64,000 nucleotides of DNA, from NCBI GenBank assembly GCA_050613775.1, contig JBODTK010000013.1, positions 1,178,001-1,242,000 on the forward strand. The letters run 5' to 3'. The translations under genes and the position numbers were made by a program. Shown in pieces: positions 1 to 8,676 of the stretch. The DNA is from Neocallimastix sp. 'constans'. Lineage: Eukaryota. The notes beneath the pieces were generated by a model that made no database searches, was not told the DNA's origin, and was given only the letters and a program-made list of their open reading frames with translations. The first letter of the stretch is position 1, and each line of letters starts with the position of its first letter.

Positions 1-1
1 T

Positions 2-91
2 AATTCTTGTAAATTCTTCGCACCAAGAATCTATATCTCTTGCGTTTTCGTTGAGTCTTGGTAGAATTCTTTGTAGTTCTAATATTTTCAT
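2..91 (-). CDS. N-terminus of putative Gag of element 0 (runs off window)
   Basis: ATG at 91; open reading MKILELQRILPRLNENARDIDSWCEEFTRI to the window edge, downstream of LTR and PBS. No domain is recognisable in 30 aa. Confidence 0.4.
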   Translation of the reverse strand, partial: MKILELQRILPRLNENARDIDSWCEEFTRI

Positions 92-499
92 TTTGGAATT
101 TTATTTGAAATTATTAATTGATGTATGAATGGATGGGTTTTCTTTTTGATTATAAATTTTATTATCACTTCCTAATTTATTTCTTAATTTGATGGATGGA
201 TTAATGAAATTTTATTTTATTTCTAATTTTATTATCGCTTGTTATATTATTTCTTAATTGATGGATTGATGAATGAAATTTTAATTTAATTATTAATTTT
301 ATTGTCACTTTTTTATTTAAGATGATGGATGGATGTGTTGAGTATAATTTTTCAATTCTCTATTTGAATTAAATATTGAACTAATTGAATTTAAAAATAA
401 CTGTTATTGGATTGAAATATTGTTTATTGAAATTTTCCATTGAATTTTATTAATGACAACTTTATTTTATATTCATATAATAATTCTAAAAAAAAAAAC

Positions 500-738
500 C
501 TTATAACTTCGGTGAAATAAGTTCATTATTCGCCAGTGCTCGATCTTGTCCGGAAACCCTGCCAACACTCGAATAGTTAACAAACTACGGAGATGTGTCG
601 TGGGGAGTATAAATTTATATTACTCCGGGACGGAAAACCGCACTCACAAAATCGACTAAAAACCTTAATTAATAATAAATTGGAATCACCCTAATTCGTT
701 ATTAATTAATTTCCTTACGGTTTACACACTGTATATGA
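500..738 (-). other. Candidate structured cis-acting RNA in the leader of element 0
   Basis: GC-rich island TCATATACAG...CTGGCGAATAATGAACTTATTTCACCGAAGTTATAAG, matching 4024-4198 with compensatory changes. Confidence 0.65.
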
Positions 739-1101
739 ATTATTATATTTTTTGGTTTTGTTATCTTCTTTGAGTTAAAATAATAAATTAATATTAAATT
801 ACTATTAATTATTATAATTATTATTTTTTTTTTTCTAACTCTAATTTTATTAAAATTTTTATATTATTTACTTATATTTTATTTTATTTATTTTATTTTA
901 TTTTATTTTATTTTATTTTTTTTCTAATTAAAATTTTATACTATTTCCTAATTAACTAATTAATTATTTATTTTTTATTTATTATTATTTTTATTCTATC
1001 AATTAAAATTTTTTTTTTTTTTTTTTTTTTCTATTTCTAAACTTTATTAATTAATAAAATTTTTCTAAAATTATTATTTTCATATTATTTTATTTCTTCA
1101 G

Positions 1102-1119
1102 GTCCTGCATAGCTCGCCA
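1102..1119 (-). promoter_or_regulatory. Primer-binding site complementary to a tRNA 3' end (probably Arg)
   Basis: Minus strand TGGCGAGCTATGCAGGAC. The complement reads as T-stem CCTGC + acceptor ATAGCTC + discriminator G + CCA. It lies 8 nt from the inferred LTR end. The tRNA identity is inferred. Confidence 0.7.
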
Positions 1120-1127
1120 AATCTTTA

Positions 1128-2506
1128 TGGTACAGAACTGAAGAATTTTTATCATAAAATAATATATTCTAATAATTAAAGAAAATTTTAAATTCTATTC
1201 TATTATTCTAATCTATTATTCTAATTTAAAAATCTAAATACTAAACAATTTAAACTAAAATAAATTATTCAAAATTAATATAACCTAATATAAATAATTT
1301 AACTAACAACTATAATTATTAAAACTATTAACCAAACACTAAAAACCTTTAAACACTTAATACAAAACTTAAATTATTTTTAATTCTAACTTTATTTAAA
1401 ATAAACTATTTTATTTTTATTATTTAATCTATTCTAACTTTATTATTTAAACTATACTAATTTATTATTTAAACTATTTAAATTTAATTATTTAAACTAA
1501 TTTTATTTTAATTTAACTATCTAAATTCATCATTTAAACTCGAAAATATCAAAAGAATAATATAATAATAAAGTTGTAAGAAAAAGAGAGAGAACTAAAG
1601 TATTGTACTACTTTGTTCTTTTTATACATTTAGAATAGTTATTTGATTGGATTAGAATAAAAATTTAATAATAAAAATTTAATAATAAAAATTTAATAAT
1701 AAAAATTTAATAATAAAAATTTAATAATAAAAATTTAATAATAAAATATAATAATAAAATATAATAAACTATTAAAATATTATTAAGTATTACAATATTA
1801 AATAAAGATAATAATTAATACATTTTCTAATTTATTATAACTAGATTTATAATTATTTTAATATTTTAATATTAATTATTTAATTCCACTAATATTAATA
1901 ATTTTTAATCTTTAATAATTATATATAATTTTAATTATTTTATTTGTTCCGTAACACCAGTTGATACGTTATTTTTATAAGTATCAATGTTTTTGTGGTT
2001 AGCAAGATTGTATTAAATAAAAATATATTCTAATATAAAAATATATAATTACAATACACGTTAATATTAAAACAAAATATAAAAAAAATTATAGTTTTGT
2101 CGTTTTATTTATTTATTTAAATTATTTATGTCGTAATACAAATTTTATAATAAAATGTTATTAAAGATCTTATTAATTATTTATTTCTAACTAACTTATT
2201 ACTATTAAAATTTTTGATAAATAAATATATTCCCCAAATATATTTATTTTAACCAATTTTATCTCTATTTTTTTCCAAATAAAAAAACCTCCTTTTCTTT
2301 AAAGAATTATAATAATTTTTTTTTTATATTTCTAATTTCTAATTTACTATAAATTAAATCCTATTGGCTATTAACTAATTAAATAAATTTAATAATTTTT
2401 ATATTACTATTTATTATTATAATATACATATATAATTTAACTAATTATTTATTATATTTAATTTTATTTCTTGATAATATTCTCTTTTTATTTAAATACT
2501 GCATCA
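1128..2506 (-). repeat. Putative 5' LTR of element 0 (~1379 bp)
   Basis: Imperfect terminal IR TGGTACAG / CTGCATCA, internal TATA followed by a pyrimidine-rich tract, adjacent PBS. The partner LTR is outside the window, so the left boundary is inferred. Confidence 0.55.
1657..1765. repeat. 14-bp tandem repeat (AATAAAAATTTAAT)n, about 7-8 copies
   Basis: Directly visible tandem array just upstream (minus sense) of the TATA box of element 0. Confidence 0.85.
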
Positions 2507-3136
2507 CAGTTAGTAAAATTAGAACTTTGGTTCAATGGTTAGTTACATTGACCATGACCAATACTTCATGGGTTCGACTCACACCTCAACCCATTTTGCA
2601 TAAATAATTATTTTATTAATTATTTTATTAATTATTAATAATATCTTCTTGAATATTCTTTCTGTATAAAATTATAGAAAGTTAAAGATTCTTTCGGTTT
2701 GTAATTTAACCGAAATGAATTTAGAAATTCTTATTATATAAATTATTTTATTCTTTTTTGATAAGATTCATTTTCATCAATTAAAATCTATATTCTAGAA
2801 ACTTTACATTATTAATTATTACAAACATATTTCTAAATATTTCTTTAAAATTATTTTTACATGTTAAAACTGTTTTTCCGTTAAAAGTATAAATAGTGCG
2901 AACTTCACGAATGAAAATATTTTTCTTCGTGCTTTTATTAATAATAATTAACGTATAAGTAATTCGAAATATTACCTTGTTGATTAATATTAATAATTAT
3001 TTTAAATTTTATAATTAATAAAAAATATTTCTAATAAAACGAATTATTTATACAGATAGTGTAAATCTATTGAGTTTTCTCCTTTCTGTGTTTCTATATC
3101 TCATCCCGCCTTTACAATAGAAGCACCTCCGTTACA
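2507..3136 (+). repeat. 5' LTR of element A (first 14 bp displaced by element 0)
   Basis: 630 bp matching 14362-14991; one substitution noticed by eye. Confidence 0.95.
2528..2580 (+). promoter_or_regulatory. tRNA-like Pol III internal promoter (A box + B box) in U3 of LTR A
   Basis: TGGTTCAATGG (2528-2538) and GGTTCGACTC (2571-2580) at tRNA-like spacing, then TTTT at 2594. Second copy at 14383-14435. Confidence 0.65.
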
Positions 3137-3146
3137 ATAAAAGCAC
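3136..3146 (+). promoter_or_regulatory. Self-priming (Tf1/sushi-type) PBS of element A
   Basis: AATAAAAGCAC abuts the LTR end and is the reverse complement of GTGCTTTTATT (2929-2939), about 35 nt downstream of TATAAATA (2888-2895). No TGG tRNA PBS is present. Confidence 0.8.
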
Positions 3147-3628
3147 CTGCTAATCCAAGCCCTCAATACCTTTACGCTATCCCGCAGACATTCTACTATA
3201 CTTTTAGGAATTCTACCTTCTCAATATCTTTTGGCAATCGTTGGGTTTCTACTTTTACTATTCTACTATTAAAGAACGAATACCTACTCTTCCGGTTCTC
3301 TCTATCTTAGTCTAATAATCTTTGAATAAATCTTCTTATCTACTATCTCTTTAATACCGGACTTCTATATCTTTTAATCTCGGATTTTATCTCCTCCCAG
3401 ACGAATAATTACTGCCTATTGATTCCTATTCAAATTATCACCTTGTCTGTTTTGAGTTACCTTCACTATTATATAATTCAATCCTTTGAATCTATTATAT
3501 TACCGGATAATCCTAATCCTATGGTTGTTGAAATTAATTCTTATAACAAAAATTCTTGTACTACCCGATCAAATAATTCAATTTAAATTTGTACTACCCT
3601 ATTAAGATAAAACTTGCATTACCTTAAC

Positions 3629-3670
<42 letters not shown>

Positions 3671-4023
3671 TTAGATAATATTAAATTAATCTTGTATTAC
3701 CTTAACCCTTTAAAATTAATTCTAATATTTACCAACAAAATTAATTTATAATTAAATAAATAATATTAAATTAATTTAGTAAGAAAAATTTTTAATTTTT
3801 AGATAAATATTTTAGATTAATTTAGTGAATAAATCAATTAGTTTTAGATAAATAAAAAAAAAAAAAAAAAAAAAAAAAAATAATAATAATATTAATAATT
3901 ATAATAATAATTTTTATTTTTAATTATTTTAATAAATTACTTGCTTGAAATAATAGCAAGAAAAACCTGTGCAATTTTATTTTTTATTTATTTATTTAAA
4001 AAGCGTTTATACGAGCGAATAGA

Positions 4024-4198
4024 GCTCATATACAGAGTTAGAGGAATTGTCTTCTTTAGTGTTGCACTCGACGAATAGATTTGGTTCTAGACTAGGTAAA
4101 ACTCTATAAGAGAGCACCGTAGCCTATTATAAAGGAAAACGGTTCTAGGTTTGCAACAACTCTGGCGAATAAGGAGCTTACGTCACCGAAGGCGTAAG
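4024..4198 (+). other. Candidate structured cis-acting RNA in the leader of element A
   Basis: Nested helices CAGAGTT/AACTCTG, TGTTGCA/TGCAACA, ACCGT/ACGGT and hairpin CTTACGTC-ACCGAA-GGCGTAAG; homologous to 500-738 (minus). Confidence 0.7.
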
Positions 4199-4922
4199 AT
4201 TAAAATTATATAGTATTTTAAAATTTTATTTCGTGCTTACTCGCGGCACTAGTTATAATAGTACTGACGGTTTTTTTCTATAGTTGTGAGTCAATAGTAC
4301 TATTCTATTTTATCAATCAATAATTTTATAATTAATATTATAATTTTATAATTAAGAAAACAAAGATTAAAATATAAATATAAGGTTTATACGACTTCCA
4401 AAGCGACAGAAGTTGGTCTCTGTTTTCGTAACATTTTAGTGTTCAGATACTATTAATATAGGGGAAAAATAATTTGTTTTATTCTTTTCAGCTAACAATA
4501 AGTTAGACATAATAAAGAATCTAACAATATTACTTCCTTTTGTCTATAAGACATTAACAATCGATTTTATTTGCGTTATCACTAAAAGGCTAAAGGAACT
4601 TATCGTATAAAACTTTGATAGATTATATATTTAGTTGGTCCAATACTATATAATCTAGTTTATATTTCAGTAATTTTTGATAAATAATTATAAAATAAAA
4701 ATATTTAATTATAAAATATTATAAAGTGTTATTAAAATTTTGTGTTCTTATCCATTAACCTTGGAAACCTACCAATAAACAACTTTTGAACTTTTGGAAT
4801 CTCTACTACCTATCTACCTTTTGGATTATTGGAATCTCTACTACCACTTTGGGAACTTCTGGATTCTACCGCCTATTCTTTATCTTTGAAAACTTATTCT
4901 ACTCTACCTTATTTATTTCAAT

Positions 4923-7361
4923 ATGGACAACTATAACCAAGAAAATCCTACCTTTAAGGACGGTTTTGCTGGTGATCGTCGATTCTTTAAAGGATTTCTA
5001 GCTAAAATAGAACTTATTTTTATGATTCAACCGGAAAGATTTGCAAACGATGAAGCTAAAGTAATCTATATCATTTCTCGTTTGTATGGAAACGCCATGA
5101 ATTGGGCTGCTACCCTTATTGAAAACCAAGATCCTTGTCTCCTTAATTATAATCAATTCATTGCTAGATTAAAATCAGTATTTGGAAGCCACGACTCTAC
5201 CTTTATTGCCAACCAGAAATTAAGAACAATCAAACAAAAACGAATTGGTGAAGTCAGAAATTATATTTTAGAATTTAATAAATACGCCGATGAATCTTCC
5301 TGGAATGAAGAAGCCAAGATGGACGCCTTTCTTGCCGGTCTACATGACCATATTGCTACTAGAATTTTAGAAATGTTTCCTGGACCTCAAACCCTCCTTG
5401 CTATGCAAACAATTGCATCTAGAATCGATAATCGTATTTCTACTCATAGACAATTCTCCAATCTTCAAGGTCAAAATTCAAATAATAGTAATAATAATAA
5501 AAATAAAAAGAGCAAAAAATCATTCTTTTTCCAAAAGCAATTTAAATCCAAACCTCATGGACCTCTATCTCAAGAAGAAAAAGAAAGAAGAAGAAGAAAA
5601 AATCTTTGTTTATATTGTGGATCCTCTGAACATTCTCTCGACAATTGTCCACTTAAAAATAAATACAAAAATAAACCTTCATCAAGTAGCACTTATATTT
5701 CTAATCCCGAATCAAAACCTATTTCTAGACCTAGAGTTTCTGACTCAAATCTTCCTATTTACGAATTTTCTTTAAGTATTGATAATACAAATTCTACTGC
5801 TAAAATTCTTCTCGATACTGGTTCTCAAATCAATTTAATGGATATCTACTATATTAAAGAAAATAATATCCCGTATTCAACTAAAACTAATTTCCCTAAG
5901 GTATCTGGCATTGGTGGAAAGCAAACTATTCTTGGAAAAACTCTTCCTATTTCCATCACTTATAATAACTATAAATGTAATACTCAATTCTATGTGGTTG
6001 ACCTTCCTTCTTATTGTGCTATTTTAGGTTTCGAATGGATTTCTACTCACAATCCTGATATTGACTTCAAAAATAAAGTCTTAAGATTTAATTCCAATTA
6101 TTGTGTTGAAAATTGTATAATCATCCCTAACTCCTTTACTTCTTATGTTCCTTTAAATACTACTAAACAAAATGTCAAAAATGAAAATGAAGAAATCAAT
6201 AATAAAATAAGCAAATCATTACCAAAAAAATTACTTCCATTTATAGACACTTTCAGTGGAATATACACTAATGAATCACCTCCTTATTGTCCTTTTGATA
6301 GCGAGATTAAACCCAAACAAAATGAAAAACTTCATTATGATCCAATCTACCCCTTAACTGAAAAAGAACCTCTAGCTTCGAAGAAATATATTAAAGAAAA
6401 TGAAGACAAAAAATTTATTAGAAAATCTATATCTCCAGCTGCTGCTTCTGTTTCATTTGTTCCCAAGAAAGACCTAAATGATCTCTTTCGTATTCATAAA
6501 CCACCCTCCGATTTTTTTTCTGATAAAGGTTCTCAATTCACTTCAAAATTTTGGTCAGCTATTTGTAAATCTTTCAATATCACAACGAAACTTGCTTCTC
6601 CCTTCCATCACCAAACCAATGGTTTAACGGAGAGGGTGAACTCCGTTATTGAACAATACTTAAGATGTTATTCAAACTTTAAAGGTTCTGATTGGTATAA
6701 TTTTTTATTCCTAGCAGAATTCAGTTATAATAATTCAATTCAAGAATCAATTAAGCACTCACCTTTTTATGCAAACTATGGATATAATCCAAGATATTCA
6801 CCATCAATTCCAAACAGTACAGATGTTCCTAGAGCTGATGAATTTACAAAAGACCTTTCAGAATTATTTAAAACACTTAATGGAAATTTACAACAAGCAA
6901 GAAAAAAGCAAGAAGAATTTGCAAACAAACATCGTATTGAAGCTCCATATTTTGAACCTGGTGATAAAGTGTGGATTAATAGTTCACTTATAATTCATAA
7001 TGGAAATAAAAAACTTAAACCCAGAAAACTTGGTCCATATAAAATCATTAAGAAAATTTCTCCCGTTTCATATAAGTTAGACTTACCAAAAGAAATCAGA
7101 ATCCATCCTGTAATACATGTTTCTGAACTTGAACCATTTTATGAAGATCACTTTGGACGAAAGAAAGAACCACCACCACCGATAATTATTGACAATGAAG
7201 AAGAATACGAAGTTGAAAAAATTCTTGATAAAAGAAAACATTATGGCAAAACCCAATATCTTATTAAATGGAAAGGCTATCCTTTATCTGAAGCATCTTG
7301 GGAACCCGAAGAAAACTTAAATTGCCCTAAACTCTTAAAAGAATTTAACAATAATAACTAA
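4923..7361 (+). CDS. Gag-protease-(RT/RH deleted)-integrase C-terminal half-chromodomain polyprotein, 812 aa
   Basis: Retrotransposon gag region, CCHC knuckle [14 protein letters not shown], protease LLDTGS, RT stub ending FVPKKD fused to IN ([16 protein letters not shown]), GPY motif, chromodomain YEVEKIL...YLIKWKGY...SWEP. No YxDD, no RNaseH, no HHCC. Confidence 0.92.
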   Translation: MDNYNQENPTFKDGFAGDRRFFKGFLAKIELIFMIQPERFANDEAKVIYIISRLYGNAMNWAATLIENQDPCLLNYNQFIARLKSVFGSHDSTFIANQKLRTIKQKRIGEVRNYILEFNKYADESSWNEEAKMDAFLAGLHDHIATRILEMFPGPQTLLAMQTIASRIDNRISTHRQFSNLQGQNSNNSNNNKNKKSKKSFFFQKQFKSKPHGPLSQEEKERRRRKNLCLYCGSSEHSLDNCPLKNKYKNKPSSSSTYISNPESKPISRPRVSDSNLPIYEFSLSIDNTNSTAKILLDTGSQINLMDIYYIKENNIPYSTKTNFPKVSGIGGKQTILGKTLPISITYNNYKCNTQFYVVDLPSYCAILGFEWISTHNPDIDFKNKVLRFNSNYCVENCIIIPNSFTSYVPLNTTKQNVKNENEEINNKISKSLPKKLLPFIDTFSGIYTNESPPYCPFDSEIKPKQNEKLHYDPIYPLTEKEPLASKKYIKENEDKKFIRKSISPAAASVSFVPKKDLNDLFRIHKPPSDFFSDKGSQFTSKFWSAICKSFNITTKLASPFHHQTNGLTERVNSVIEQYLRCYSNFKGSDWYNFLFLAEFSYNNSIQESIKHSPFYANYGYNPRYSPSIPNSTDVPRADEFTKDLSELFKTLNGNLQQARKKQEEFANKHRIEAPYFEPGDKVWINSSLIIHNGNKKLKPRKLGPYKIIKKISPVSYKLDLPKEIRIHPVIHVSELEPFYEDHFGRKKEPPPPIIIDNEEEYEVEKILDKRKHYGKTQYLIKWKGYPLSEASWEPEENLNCPKLLKEFNNNN

Positions 7362-7660
7362 AATTAAAACTTGAAAATGGATCTTCACTTTATTAATATC
7401 AAACTTATATTAATTTATTAATATCAATATTACTAAATATTATTTTATATTATTAAATATTATTAATATTCATGTATTCTTATTATATATTATATTCATG
7501 TAACTTTATTAATATCATGTAATTTTATTCAAAAAAAGTTCGTACTATAAAATGGTTAATTAATTATTTTTATTTTATTATATTATATTTTATTTTAATT
7601 TAGTTCAGTTTAGTTTAGTTTAGTTTGCTTAATTTTAGTATAAGTTATGCCTAACTGTTA

Positions 7661-7695
7661 GATTCGTCTGGTATCCGAATCCTGGAGGCGGACCA
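7661..7695 (+). promoter_or_regulatory. Pre-LTR hairpin plus polypurine tract of element A
   Basis: GATTCG-TCTGGTATC-CGAATC then GGAGGCGGA-CCA immediately before the LTR start; 32/35 identical to 60571-60605 (minus). Confidence 0.8.
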
Positions 7696-7698
7696 TGT

Positions 7699-8643
7699 TG
7701 TAAAATAAAATAATAGCTTAGGTCGGTGTGGACAGACTATTTTATTTTACACAATTTATTTTATATTAACACTATAATTAATTATTAACTAAAACACTAA
7801 AGCTAAAAAACTAATTTAATTTTTTGTTTCATAAAAAAAATCCTTTTATTGATATTTCTTATTTGTTGAATTTAACTGTTCTAAAATCAACAATCACTTA
7901 ACTGGGTACCGTAGGGTCCTTTACCGGAAAGCCTACTAGCAGTTAAGATTTTAAAATAAAATTTAAAATAAAATTTGTTTTATAAAAAAAATAACTATTC
8001 TAATAATAGTTATAATACTAATTATTAAAATATAAAATTTATACTATTCTAAACTATACTAAACTATACTATTTTCTATACTATTTTCTATACTATTTTC
8101 TATACTATTTTCCAACTATCGTTCAATAGTTGAAAATTAACTCTTTTTATACTTTTTGAAAATTAAAATTTAAATTGAATAAATTGTAATAAACTAACTA
8201 AAATATTATTATATATTTGTAATTACATTTAATAATAAATTACATGAATTTTTATGAATTATTTTAATATAAAAACTATTTAAAACTATCTAATATTTCT
8301 AAAAATAAATAAACAAAACGGCAAGTTTTTGTAAACAAACGGAAAAGGCAATTTTTCTTTGATTATTTTAATTTAACTAATTTATGACTAATTATTTTTA
8401 ATTTACAAGTTTCATGACTAATTATTTTTAATTTACAAAGTTTCATGATTCAAAGTGAGTAATAATGATGTAAATTCTCCAAATAATTTAGTCATACATT
8501 TTTGAGAAAATTATTTAAATTAATAATTTGGAATACATTTAAATTTATATTAAAAATTTGGAAAACATTTTTATCCACAATAATTACAATAATTTACATT
8601 ACATTACATTTAAATACGTATTCAAATTATTAAATATTTTACA
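7699..8643 (-). repeat. 3' LTR of element B
   Basis: Same length as 13401-14345; no differences seen by eye. Confidence 0.96.
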
Positions 8644-8676
8644 TGCCCCTCTGTTTAAGTCGAGCCCCTGAGCGAC

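Larger units (their letters stand above)
1..2506 (-). mobile_element. LTR retrotransposon '0' (5' part only: LTR, PBS, ~1 kb leader, start of putative gag), inserted into the 5' LTR of element A
   Basis: Ends ...CTGCATCA at 2506, exactly where A's 5' LTR lacks its first 14 bp. Has an 18-nt tRNA-type PBS, a TATA-like box at ~1619-1628 on the minus strand, and an ORF starting at 91 that runs off the window. Confidence 0.7.

Noticed and set aside
1949..2506. Shorter LTR 1962-2506 with PBS TGGTGTTACGG
   Set aside because: It would exclude the TATA at ~1620; the 18-nt PBS at 1102-1119 and the 1128 terminus fit better. The partner LTR is needed to settle it.
2521..2595. Functional tRNA gene in LTRs A/E
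   Set aside because: A and B boxes are present but the acceptor, anticodon and T stems do not pair; kept only as a Pol III promoter mimic.
4150..4175. HDV-like ribozyme (GCAACA...TGGCGAAT)
   Set aside because: No P1/P3/L3 (TCCTCG-like) nested pseudoknot could be built upstream in either copy; self-cleavage by another fold is not excluded.
4158..4250. Glycine riboswitch (CTCTGG...CACCGAAGG resemblance)
   Set aside because: No GGAGA or CTCTCAGG elements, and ACCGAA sits in a local hairpin loop in both copies; eukaryotic retroelement context.
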